Source: a bacterium
GTDB taxonomy: Bacteria > Auribacterota > UBA3054 > JAPLST01
Direction: 5' to 3'
NCBI GenBank assembly: GCA_026417575.1
Contig: JAOACZ010000128.1
Coordinates: 5,127 to 69,126, forward strand
Length of the DNA stretch: 64,000 nt
Each line of letters opens with the position of its first letter. The first letter of the stretch is position 1. A program made the position numbers and the translations under genes. Under the pieces are notes generated by a model, which was not told the origin of the DNA, searched no databases, and was given only the letters and a program-made list of their open reading frames with translations. Shown piece after piece: positions 51,622 to 60,069 of the stretch.

Positions 51622-52137
51622 TTATTTGCATTCGCCGCACGGGGGTGGACAGGCTGGAGGACAGCTCGGCGGGCACGGCTTCTTCCAGGACTTTTTGCCC
51701 TTGCACGGGTAGGGGCAGGGGCGGCCCTTGGGTGCGAGCGGGATGCAGCCTTGCCGTGGATTTACGTACGTTTGCTTTGTGGGTGGGATCCAGCGCGCAT
51801 CCCACACAAAATCTGGCACGAGGTCATGGTAGTACAGGCCTTTGCCCGTCAGCCCGAACGTGACGACATCTGTTACGCCTGCGAGCTCACGCCAGGTTGT
51901 TAAAAAAGCACCTTTGATCGGCCCGCTGAGGAAGCCTACGATCGGGATGCGGGAGTTTTCATAAATCAGGCCACGCGGAATTTCGAGCCAGCCCGTCATG
52001 ATGTTCGCGAAACCGCGCGCCACCCCGTAAGCCGGGTTGATCGGTTTGGCGCCAGACGGCCTCGCCTGGTGCGACTTGCCAGCCATCAATGTCGTTGCTG
52101 CCATCAGAACGGCAAGTGCACATGCGAGTGCTTTCAT
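51622..52137 (-). CDS. Small secreted protein of the four-member paralogous family (GWLEIPRG core), with a Cys-Pro-rich C-terminal tail
   Basis: A signal peptide is followed by the core RGFANIMTGWLEIPRGLIYE...GVTDVVTFGLTGKG...VPDFVWDARW. The tail reads CPYPCKGKKSWKKPCPPSCPPACPPPCGECK. It has a GAGGAG Shine-Dalgarno and is the first gene of the DsbD operon. Confidence 0.65.
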   Translation of the reverse strand: MKALACALAVLMAATTLMAGKSHQARPSGAKPINPAYGVARGFANIMTGWLEIPRGLIYENSRIPIVGFLSGPIKGAFLTTWRELAGVTDVVTFGLTGKGLYYHDLVPDFVWDARWIPPTKQTYVNPRQGCIPLAPKGRPCPYPCKGKKSWKKPCPPSCPPACPPPCGECK

Positions 52138-52207
52138 ATCTGCTCCTCAGGTTAGGGTTATGCGCGCCGCACACGGCGGCTGCGCCGGAGAGCTGCGATT
52201 CTGGTGT

Positions 52208-52237
52208 ATTGTACCACACCTCCAGGGCTGTTTGCAA
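52208..52237 (-). promoter_or_regulatory. Candidate sigma70 promoter (TTGCAA-N18-TACAAT) for the minus-strand operon that starts at 52137
   Basis: On the reverse complement, the -35 TTGCAA (plus-strand 52232-52237) and the -10 TACAAT with an upstream TG (plus-strand 52208-52213) sit about 60 nt upstream of the ATG. Confidence 0.35.
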
Positions 52238-52241
52238 TGCT

Positions 52242-52270
52242 TTGACTCTCTCACGGCCTTCTGCTATAAT
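52242..52270 (+). promoter_or_regulatory. Perfect-consensus sigma70 promoter (TTGACT-N17-TATAAT) driving a leaderless aminopeptidase transcript
   Basis: The -35 hexamer is at 52242-52247 and the -10 at 52265-52270. The GTG start is at 52278, 7 nt after the -10 box. Confidence 0.5.
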
Positions 52271-52277
52271 TTCGCTA

Positions 52278-53366
52278 GTGAGAACAGAATGGATAGAGCG
52301 TTGGGCGCGCTTGTTGGTGCGCCATGCGATACGTGTGACCCGCGGCAGCGTGATTAAAGTTCGCGGTACGGTGGAGGCGCGCGCGTTGATGACCGCCGTA
52401 TACGCGGAACTGCTGCGTGCGGGCGCGCATCCGCGCATGACAGCTGTGCTCCCTGAGTTGACGCATCTTTTCTACACCTTGGCGAGTCGTGAGCAGCTCG
52501 GCTACCTCTCGCCGCTCGACGTGCATGAAGCGCGGCATTGTGATGGCTTTATCACGATCAAAAGCGATACCAACACCCGCGAGCTCTCGACCATTCCAGC
52601 GGAAAAACAGGTTATCACGATGAAAGCGGCGAAGCCACTTTCTGACATTATTATCAAGAACGACAACTGGACACTAACACTCTACCCGACCGCGGCCTAT
52701 GCGCAGGACGCCGACATGGCCATGAGCGAATTTGAAACGTTTGTGGCCAAGGCGTTATTTCTGGACAAATCCGATCCAGTGGCAGCCTGGCAGGAGCAAG
52801 AGCGCTGGCAGGCCAAGCTGGTGCGGCGGCTGGCAGCGGCAAAAACGGTGCGAATTGTCGGTCACGATACGGACCTTTCGCTGAGCGTAGCGGGGCGCAC
52901 GGTCCTCAATGACGGTGGGCATCACAACATCCCCGGGGGTGAGATTTTCACAGCGCCGCTCGAGACAAGTGCAGAGGGACGCATTCGCTACACGTATCCG
53001 GTCGTGGCGTACGGGCGTGAAATCAGCGACATTTATCTTGAATTTGCGCGTGGAAGAGTCGTCAAAGCTAGTGCGGCCAAACATGAGGAATTTTTACACA
53101 AGATGTTAGACATGGATGCGGGTGCACGTTATCTTGGTGAGTTTGGGATTGGTACGAATTATGGCATTCAGCGGTTTGTGCGCAACATTCTGTTCGATGA
53201 AAAGATTGGGGGGAGTGTGCATCTTGCTGTCGGCCGCAGCTATCCGAAGTGCGGTGGCCGCAACAAATCCGCGCTGCATTGGGACATGATTAAGGATCTG
53301 CGTCAAGGTGGCATGTTGTATTTTGATGGAACGCTTGTGCAGCGTGACGGGAAGTTTCTCATTTGA
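52278..53366 (+). CDS. M29-family (AmpS/PepS-like) aminopeptidase, with a GTG start at 52278 on what is probably a leaderless mRNA
   Basis: The conserved M29 N-terminus (IERWARLLVRHAIRVTRGSVIKVRG...) begins immediately after the GTG. The ATG start at 52089 in the ORF track would run through the divergent promoter and the neighbouring gene. Confidence 0.65.
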   Translation: MRTEWIERWARLLVRHAIRVTRGSVIKVRGTVEARALMTAVYAELLRAGAHPRMTAVLPELTHLFYTLASREQLGYLSPLDVHEARHCDGFITIKSDTNTRELSTIPAEKQVITMKAAKPLSDIIIKNDNWTLTLYPTAAYAQDADMAMSEFETFVAKALFLDKSDPVAAWQEQERWQAKLVRRLAAAKTVRIVGHDTDLSLSVAGRTVLNDGGHHNIPGGEIFTAPLETSAEGRIRYTYPVVAYGREISDIYLEFARGRVVKASAAKHEEFLHKMLDMDAGARYLGEFGIGTNYGIQRFVRNILFDEKIGGSVHLAVGRSYPKCGGRNKSALHWDMIKDLRQGGMLYFDGTLVQRDGKFLI

Positions 53367-53382
53367 TGCGCAGGAGGCTGGT

Positions 53383-54081
53383 ATGAAAGCGTTCATTACG
53401 TGTGTGATCCTCCTTGTGATGGCAAGCTCGCTTTACGCGGCGCAGGATGTGCTTATTCTCAAAACGAAGAAACGCCTGGTCGGAACGGTGACAAATGTCA
53501 CGGAGCGCGGGTTGAGCATTCGCACGGCTCAGGGACTGTTTACGTATCCGTGGGAGGCGTTGCACGAGCAGTCCTTAAAGATCTACAATCCGCCGATGTA
53601 CGAGAAGCTGATGGAGCAGCGACGCAAAGCGTTTGAAGAACTCAAGCGCAAGCAAGGCCTAGTACAGTACAAAGGGCGGTGGATGACGCCGAAACAGAAA
53701 GAGGCGGCAGAGATGCGCGATAAGGGCATGGATTTGTTTGAGGGCAAATGGCTACCCACTAACGAGATCGCGGCGATTAAATTCCGTCGCCAGATGGAAG
53801 CTGAAGGCAAGATTGAATACAAAGGGCAGTGGTATACGGAAGCTGAACTTGCGGAAGTGAAGGAAATGGAGCGCAACCGTGGTCTGAAGGTGGGCATGAA
53901 AGAAGATGAAGTCATTGCCAAGTGGGGCAAGCCCACGCGGCGAAAGGAGTCTGAGTCATTTAAGGCCCAGCAGATGGAAATGTGGTTTTACGCGCGAGAA
54001 GACGAGGGTGTCGAAGATCGGTTGTTGTTCAAGATGGGTACGCTGAGCGAAATTCAGCTTGACCAACCGTTGTCAGAATAA
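53383..54081 (+). CDS. Secreted/lipoprotein with three W-containing repeats and a BamE (SmpA/OmlA)-like C-terminal domain
   Basis: ATG at 53383 with AGGAGG 5 nt upstream, then a signal peptide. The repeats are YKGRWMTPKQKE, FEGKWLPTNEIA and YKGQWYTEAELA. The C-terminus GMKEDEVIAKWGKPTRRK...MWFY resembles BamE. Confidence 0.5.
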   Translation: MKAFITCVILLVMASSLYAAQDVLILKTKKRLVGTVTNVTERGLSIRTAQGLFTYPWEALHEQSLKIYNPPMYEKLMEQRRKAFEELKRKQGLVQYKGRWMTPKQKEAAEMRDKGMDLFEGKWLPTNEIAAIKFRRQMEAEGKIEYKGQWYTEAELAEVKEMERNRGLKVGMKEDEVIAKWGKPTRRKESESFKAQQMEMWFYAREDEGVEDRLLFKMGTLSEIQLDQPLSE

Positions 54082-54110
54082 CCGTGTAACGTAACCAGAG
54101 GAGCGATCGA

Positions 54111-54263
54111 ATGTCACGTCATCCCAGCTTCGGCAAAACTGGCATTGTCAAGAAACGTAACGTGTTAAAACGCTTTCAACGGATTGATCTTCTAAGAAAG
54201 CAGGGGCGCTTTAAGGAAGGCGACTCTGTCTACGGCTTGCCCAAGACCAAACCGCAGGCGTGA
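54111..54263 (+). CDS. Small, highly basic 50-aa protein, not present in the ORF track (which lists only 60 aa and above)
   Basis: MSRHPSFGKTGIVKKRNVLKRFQRIDLLRKQGRFKEGDSVYGLPKTKPQA. A GAGGAG Shine-Dalgarno lies 8 nt upstream and the ORF ends 9 nt before the tpiA start. Codon usage matches the neighbouring genes. Confidence 0.5.
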   Translation: MSRHPSFGKTGIVKKRNVLKRFQRIDLLRKQGRFKEGDSVYGLPKTKPQA

Positions 54264-54271
54264 GGCCGGGC

Positions 54272-55036
54272 ATGAGGATTCCCGTCATTGCGGGCAATTG
54301 GAAGATGCATAAGACCGTGGCCGAGGCTGTGGCCACGGTGACTGAGTTGAAAAGGCGGCTGGCGGGTGTGACTGGCGTGAAGGTGGTGGTGTGCCCGCCG
54401 TTTCTCGCCATAAAGGCGGTGGCAGATGCTCTCGGTGGTACGGCGATCGGCGTGGGTGCGCAGGATTGTTTTTGGGAAAGCTTTGGCGCGTTTACGGGCG
54501 AGGTGAGCCCGGAGATGATCAAAGAAGCGGGTGCGACGTATGTCATCATTGGCCATAGCGAGCGCCGCCAGTATTTTCACGAAACGAACGAGACCGTGAA
54601 CAAGAAAGTTAAAAAGGCGCTGGCAGCGGGTTTGACGCCGATCGTGTGCGTAGGCGAGACGTTAGCCGAGCGGGAAGCCGGGCAAACGGAACGGGTGGTG
54701 AATGATCACGTGACGAAAGGGCTGGCGGGGTTGAACGCGCATGAGGTAAGGCGGTGTATCATCGCGTACGAGCCTGTGTGGGCGATTGGGACGGGCAAGA
54801 CGGCTACACCCCAGCAAGCGCAGGAAGTGCACGCGTTTATCCGGCAACGCCTTGCGCAGTTGTGGGATTCTGCGACCGCCGCCACGGTGATCATCCAATA
54901 TGGGGGCAGTGTCAAGCCAGAGAACATTAAGGAGCTCATGGCCGAGCCGGACATTGACGGCGCGCTGGTGGGCGGCGCGAGCCTGGAAGCCGCCTCGTTT
55001 GAAAAAATCGTGAAGTACAACGGACCGATGACGTAA
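54272..55036 (+). CDS. tpiA: Triosephosphate isomerase
   Basis: Opens MRIPVIAGNWKMHKT and carries the AYEPVWAIGTGKTAT active-site block. The start is the ATG at 54272 (the ORF track begins at 54260). Confidence 0.9.
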   Translation: MRIPVIAGNWKMHKTVAEAVATVTELKRRLAGVTGVKVVVCPPFLAIKAVADALGGTAIGVGAQDCFWESFGAFTGEVSPEMIKEAGATYVIIGHSERRQYFHETNETVNKKVKKALAAGLTPIVCVGETLAEREAGQTERVVNDHVTKGLAGLNAHEVRRCIIAYEPVWAIGTGKTATPQQAQEVHAFIRQRLAQLWDSATAATVIIQYGGSVKPENIKELMAEPDIDGALVGGASLEAASFEKIVKYNGPMT

Positions 55037-55290
55037 GCAGGCGCGTTAAATTACGGAGGAGCCAGAAAAGCCTTGTCGTGAGCACCACGGCGAAACAGAT
55101 GCTTCATGGACGCAGTGGCTGTCGCGAAAGGAGATTGTATCGAAGCCCGCGGCAGCCAGTTGGTGTGAGATTCGTGACGGTCAGGACCCGATTGCCCGTC
55201 TTTGAGTGTGCTTGTGCGGGAATTTTATGTTTACGTTTCTTTCACATCAATTTGCGGTGATCTTTATTTCGGCGACGTAGCATCTGTACG

Positions 55291-56256
55291 ATGCGGTGGT
55301 TTTGGTTAATTTGCGCACTGATGTCGGCCTTGGCAACAAGGGCGTACGCCGCAGGTGAGGGGCCAGGAAGCTTGATAGTGATTACGAATGCGCGCTACGT
55401 TGCGCGCGGCGGGAACGACGGGGATAGTTTTCACGTAGCGCTCGATGGTCAGGTGCGCGCGGTGCGTTTGTACTTCGTCGACACGCCAGAAACGACGGCG
55501 TCAGAACTAACCGTGCGTCGGGTGCGTGAGCAGATGCGCTATTTTGGACACACGAATCCGGCGCACACTGTGGCGTATGGGCATCGTGCGGCGGCGTTCA
55601 CGCGCCGGCTGCTGCGTCAGCCGTTCACTGTCTATACGGCGTTTGCCAATGCGCTCGGCAGCACGGAGGGCGGGCGTATCTATGTGTTCGTGGTGACTGC
55701 GGACGGCAAAGATCTTGGCGAGGAGTTGGTGAGGCGTGGACTGGCACGCGCCTATGGCATGGGCCGCACCACGCCTAGTGGCCTTTCGCGTGAAGAGTAC
55801 GCAGCCCGGCTGTGCGACTTGGAACTGGTAGCGGCGATGACGCGCGCGGGGGCATGGGAGGCGAGCGTACCTGAACGTTTGGTGAAGCTACGCGCGCAGG
55901 AGCGGGAGGAAGCGCAGGGAGTGCGTGCAATCACGAGCTCCCTCGCTGCGCAACATTCGCGCATTAACCTGAACACCGCGACACGCGAGGAACTGATGCA
56001 GCTTAAGGGTGTCGGTGCCAAGCGCGCGGAAGCAATTATGCGTGCGCGGCCCTTTACGTCAGCTGCGGACGTGTTTTCGCGTGCCAGGCTTGCCACGGCG
56101 CGTAACGCACGCGATACTCTCCCAGGTGGAATGGTAAAACTGGGGGCACGGTTGCACTCAGCGCGGGTGAGGCTGCGTAGTGCCCTCTTAGGCCATGCGC
56201 TCGATAACGTGGCGCCCAAACTCCGAACACTTGACTTCGCGGGCTCCTTCCATTAG
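55291..56256 (+). CDS. Secreted thermonuclease (SNase)-like nuclease fused to a ComEA-type helix-hairpin-helix DNA-binding domain
   Basis: After the signal peptide comes an SNase-like core (GDSFHV...[11 protein letters not shown]...) and then a C-terminal HhH region ([29 protein letters not shown]). It overlaps icd convergently by 69 nt. Confidence 0.6.
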   Translation: MRWFWLICALMSALATRAYAAGEGPGSLIVITNARYVARGGNDGDSFHVALDGQVRAVRLYFVDTPETTASELTVRRVREQMRYFGHTNPAHTVAYGHRAAAFTRRLLRQPFTVYTAFANALGSTEGGRIYVFVVTADGKDLGEELVRRGLARAYGMGRTTPSGLSREEYAARLCDLELVAAMTRAGAWEASVPERLVKLRAQEREEAQGVRAITSSLAAQHSRINLNTATREELMQLKGVGAKRAEAIMRARPFTSAADVFSRARLATARNARDTLPGGMVKLGARLHSARVRLRSALLGHALDNVAPKLRTLDFAGSFH

Positions 56257-57459
56257 TCGCGCAAAATCATATGTGACAATCTTGTCCGCGATAGTGCGCT
56301 CAAGTCCCCGCACGATCAAATCGGCTGCTTCCTGCCACCCCAAGTATTCGAACATCATCACACCGGAAAGGATTACCGAGCCAGGGTTCACGACGTCTTT
56401 ATCTGCGTATTTCGGAGCAGTGCCGTGGGTCGCTTCGAAGATGGCATGGCCGGTCATGTAGTTGATATTCGCGCCGGGGGCAATTCCAATTCCGCCCACT
56501 TGCGCTGCGAGCGCGTCGGAGAGATAATCACCATTCAGGTTCATGGTTGCCAACACGTCAAACTCTCTGGCGCGGGTAAGGGTCTGTTGGAAGCAAATAT
56601 CGGCGATGACATCCTTGATCAAAAGCTTGCCAGCAGCAAGTGCGGCCTGCTGTTCTGCGTTTGCCGCGGCCTCGCCGCGTTCTTTCTTTGTGTGTTCCCA
56701 TTGCTGCCAAGTATAGACCTTGTCAGCGAATTCACGCTCGGCCACCTCATAGCCCCAGGTGCGGAAGGCTCCTTCGGTGTACTTCATAATATTGCCTTTG
56801 TGAACCAAGGTGACACTGCGGCGCTTGTGCTTAAGGGCGTAGGTGATGGCGGCGCGGACGAGGCGCTCTGTTCCTTCGCGTGAGACGGGCTTGATACTGA
56901 TGCCCGCGGTGGCGGGGAAGCGTATCTTGGCAAACTCGGCGGGGAAGTGTTCCTTGAGAAGGCCAAGGAAGCGATCGCGCTCTGGCGTGCCGTCTTGAAA
57001 TTCGATCCCAGTGTAGATGTCCTCCGTGTTCTCGCGGAAGATGACCATGTTGACATCTTGAGGGCATTTGACCGGGGAGGGGACGCCTTCAAACCAGCGT
57101 ACCGGGCGCAGGCAGACGTACAAATCAAGCAACTTGCGCAGAGCGACATTTAAGCTGCGAATCCCGCCACCCACAGGTGTTGTGAGCGGGCCTTTGATGG
57201 CCACGCGGTAGGTGCTGATCGCGTCAAGTGTGGCTTGGGGCAGCCAGTCGCCCGTCTGTGCAAACGCCTTTTCTCCGGCGAGAACTTCCAGCCACTCAAT
57301 ACGGCGCGTGCCACGATACGCCAGGCGCACAGCGGCGTCAAACACCGGTTGTGCCGCACGCCAGATATCGCGCCCGGTACCGTCGCCTTCAATGAACGGA
57401 ATGGTGGGCGTGTCAGGTACACACAGCGCACCGCTGGGGTCAAGTACAATTGTTGCCAT
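56188..57459 (-). CDS. icd: NADP-dependent isocitrate dehydrogenase
   Basis: 423 aa. The [15 protein letters not shown]-terminus, the SLNVALRK substrate block and a C-terminus ending ...[14 protein letters not shown] resemble bacterial Icd. Confidence 0.9.
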   Translation of the reverse strand: MATIVLDPSGALCVPDTPTIPFIEGDGTGRDIWRAAQPVFDAAVRLAYRGTRRIEWLEVLAGEKAFAQTGDWLPQATLDAISTYRVAIKGPLTTPVGGGIRSLNVALRKLLDLYVCLRPVRWFEGVPSPVKCPQDVNMVIFRENTEDIYTGIEFQDGTPERDRFLGLLKEHFPAEFAKIRFPATAGISIKPVSREGTERLVRAAITYALKHKRRSVTLVHKGNIMKYTEGAFRTWGYEVAEREFADKVYTWQQWEHTKKERGEAAANAEQQAALAAGKLLIKDVIADICFQQTLTRAREFDVLATMNLNGDYLSDALAAQVGGIGIAPGANINYMTGHAIFEATHGTAPKYADKDVVNPGSVILSGVMMFEYLGWQEAADLIVRGLERTIADKIVTYDFARLMEGAREVKCSEFGRHVIERMA

Positions 57460-57468
57460 GAGACTTGT

Positions 57469-58887
57469 TTAGTACCGGTAATGAGGCGGCTTGTACGGTC
57501 CGTCAATGTCAACGCCGATGTACGCGGCCTGCTCGGGGGTGAGCCGCGTCAATTTGGCGCCAAGCTTTTCTAAATGTAGGCGAGCCACTTCCTCGTCAAG
57601 CTTTTTCGACAAGGTGGTCACGCCAATTGGTTTGCGTTCGCGCGCCAAATCAATTTGGGCCATGACTTGGTTGGTGAATGAGTTTGACATGACGAAGGAA
57701 GGGTGGCCTGTGGCGCAGCCTAGATTCACAAGTCGGCCCTCAGCGAGCAAGTAAATCGAGTGACCGTCGGGAAATGTGTACATATCCACTTGCGGTTTGA
57801 TGTTGGTGCGTTTGACGCCGGGTGCTCTCTTCAATGCGTCCACTTGGATTTCGTTGTCGAAGTGTCCGATGTTGCAGACGATGGACTGGTCGAGCATCTT
57901 TTCCATGTGTTCCAAGCGGATGACGTTGATGTTGCCGGTAGCCGTCACAAAGATAGTGGCTTCAGCCAATGCGTCCTCGACGGTGGTGACTTTGTAGCCC
58001 TCCATGGCAGCCTGCAGGGCACAGATAGGATCGATCTCAGTAACTAGTACACGCGCGCCAAACCCGCGCATGGATTGACAGCATCCTTTGCCCACATCGC
58101 CGTAGCCGCACACGCATACCGTCTTGCCCGCGACCATTACACCCAGTGCGCGCTTCAGCCCGTCGGCGAGTGATTCGCGACAACCGTACAAATTGTCGAA
58201 TTTCGACTTGGTAACCGAATCGTTTACGTTGATGGCAGGGAAAAGAAGGGTGCCGTTTTGCAGCATCTGGTACAAGCGGTTGACGCCGGTCGTGGTCTCT
58301 TCCGAGACGCCACGAATCTCCTTGACAATGCGGTGCCAGTACGTGCGGTCGCGCTTCAGCTGCCGTTTGAGAATCGCGTTGACCACAGCAAGTTCTTTGT
58401 TGCCGTTATCATCCTCGAGGATGGCTGGGTTTTCCTCGGCGGCGTAGCCACGGTGAATCAGTAAGGTGGCATCACCTCCGTCATCCACGATTTGATGTGG
58501 GCCTTTACCGCCCGGGAAGCTTAAAGCGCGCCGTGTACACTCCCAGTACTCTTCCAGCGTTTCTCCTTTCCACGCGAAGACAGGAATGCCAGCCTTCGCA
58601 ATTGCGGCTGCTGCGTCGTCCTGGGTGGAGAAAATGTTGCATGAGGCCCACTGCACCTGTGCACCGAGAGCCCGCAAAGTCTCGATCAACACAGCCGTCT
58701 CGGTCGTCATGTGCAACGAGCCAGTGATACGCAGCCCTTTCAGTGGCTGCTCCTTGGCATATTTTTCTCGCGTAGCCATGAGGCCGGGCATCTCATGTTC
58801 TGCAATCGTGATTTCCTTTCGGCCAGCCTCGGCAAGGCGAATATCCGCGACTTTATACTTGAGTTTGCTGTAATCCGGTAATCTCAT
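57469..58887 (-). CDS. ahcY: Adenosylhomocysteinase
   Basis: 472 aa. Starts [26 protein letters not shown], has the NAD-binding GYGDVGKGC motif, and the C-terminal Y is conserved. Confidence 0.9.
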   Translation of the reverse strand: MRLPDYSKLKYKVADIRLAEAGRKEITIAEHEMPGLMATREKYAKEQPLKGLRITGSLHMTTETAVLIETLRALGAQVQWASCNIFSTQDDAAAAIAKAGIPVFAWKGETLEEYWECTRRALSFPGGKGPHQIVDDGGDATLLIHRGYAAEENPAILEDDNGNKELAVVNAILKRQLKRDRTYWHRIVKEIRGVSEETTTGVNRLYQMLQNGTLLFPAINVNDSVTKSKFDNLYGCRESLADGLKRALGVMVAGKTVCVCGYGDVGKGCCQSMRGFGARVLVTEIDPICALQAAMEGYKVTTVEDALAEATIFVTATGNINVIRLEHMEKMLDQSIVCNIGHFDNEIQVDALKRAPGVKRTNIKPQVDMYTFPDGHSIYLLAEGRLVNLGCATGHPSFVMSNSFTNQVMAQIDLARERKPIGVTTLSKKLDEEVARLHLEKLGAKLTRLTPEQAAYIGVDIDGPYKPPHYRY

Positions 58888-58933
58888 AGCATCTCATGGG
58901 TGATAAGTGAGAGAAACAACCAGGGACAAACTT

Positions 58934-59560
58934 TCAGTACGGTGTTTCCATATTTTCTTCGACGGCTTCTTCCTCCTCGAACTCGACTTGGAGGCTTTCT
59001 TCGCCTGGGGCGGGTGGCGCGTAGGGGGACCACTGTGCTGCGAACACAAATTCCGGAAAGAGGTCAGGTGAGAATGCACTTGGTCCGGTCATACCGAACA
59101 TCATGACATCCACAACTCCGAGGACGGCGCGGGAAGTCATGAAGAAGAGACCTTTTAGCAAGCCGCTTCCTATGCCAAGGACCGGAAAATTGACATTTTC
59201 AATAACCAGGTTGCGGGGCAATTCCAGCCAGCAGGTAGAAAGGTTTACGCATCCACGAAAGAAGGCCCAGGGAGGGTTGAGCTCGCGCGGGTAGGTGGGG
59301 CGGGGCGGGGGTGCGGGCGTTGGTACTGGCGTAGGAGTTGGCAACGCCGCAGCCTCTGTCGCAGGCTTGGCAGCCGCTGTTGGCGCTACTGGCGGAGGGC
59401 TCACAGGGGTGGGAGCGGAGGGGGGCGTTGCGAGCGTTGGTGCATTAGTTGCGATTGCATTAGCGCTCACATGTGCCACCGTGCTGATGTTTGTCGCGTG
59501 CGTAAGCCACGCACTGCCCAGGGCAATTGTTAGGCTCGCGATCAAGCGCTGTGTCTTCAT
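58934..59560 (-). CDS. Paralogue 2 of the small secreted GWLE-x-PR-core family, with a long Pro/Ala/Thr-rich linker
   Basis: A signal peptide is followed by low-complexity ATPPSAPTPVSPPPVAPTAA... Then comes the core FFRGCVNLSTCWLELPRNLVIEN...GVVDVMMFGMTG...PEFVFAAQW and an acidic tail. Confidence 0.6.
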   Translation of the reverse strand: MKTQRLIASLTIALGSAWLTHATNISTVAHVSANAIATNAPTLATPPSAPTPVSPPPVAPTAAAKPATEAAALPTPTPVPTPAPPPRPTYPRELNPPWAFFRGCVNLSTCWLELPRNLVIENVNFPVLGIGSGLLKGLFFMTSRAVLGVVDVMMFGMTGPSAFSPDLFPEFVFAAQWSPYAPPAPGEESLQVEFEEEEAVEENMETPY

Positions 59561-59634
59561 CTGGAACTCCTTGTGACGTCTGGTGTGGCGAATAGCTCAT
59601 CTATGCAAGATGGGTAGACTCCTCCTCATGCAGC

Positions 59635-60063
59635 TTAGTAGAGCTCAGCTTTGTCCGAGAGCCAGGGGTCTTCCCACGGATAATCAGGCACGGCCGTAGC
59701 ATAGCCATAATGGCCCGTGTAACCAACGGAAAGCAGGTCCACCACGCCGAACAGCGTGCGCATCGCAGTCATAGTTGTGCCCATGAGAGGGCCGGTGAGC
59801 ACTGCCGAGAGAGGCCTTCGAGTGAATTCGTAACTTAAATTGCGGGGCAGCTCGAGCCAGCCCAACAGCACATTGGCTGCGCCGCGTTGCATCCCGAAAC
59901 GCATGGCCTCGCCTGTGGTGTCAAACTCGTATTCTGGCATGAGGGCGAAGGCAGCGTCGTCTCCCTCATTTTGGGCGCGCACGAGCGTGGGATTGGACAC
60001 TATGAGAAGAATCGTGACGAGTATTGCTGCAAAAGGTTTCATGAAAGAACGTCTCCGTGACAT
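59635..60063 (-). CDS. Paralogue 3 of the GWLE-x-PR-core secreted family (minimal version)
   Basis: A signal peptide (probable start MKPFAAILVTILL at 60042) is followed by the core QRGAANVLLGWLELPRNLSYEF...GVVDLLSVGYTG...VPDYPWEDPW. Confidence 0.6.
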   Translation of the reverse strand: MSRRRSFMKPFAAILVTILLIVSNPTLVRAQNEGDDAAFALMPEYEFDTTGEAMRFGMQRGAANVLLGWLELPRNLSYEFTRRPLSAVLTGPLMGTTMTAMRTLFGVVDLLSVGYTGHYGYATAVPDYPWEDPWLSDKAELY

Positions 60064-60069
60064 AAGGGA

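Noticed and set aside
52089-52277. The ATG at 52089 as the aminopeptidase start (as given in the ORF track)
   Set aside because: It would read through the P1 gene on the opposite strand and through both divergent promoters. The conserved M29 N-terminus begins right after the GTG at 52278.
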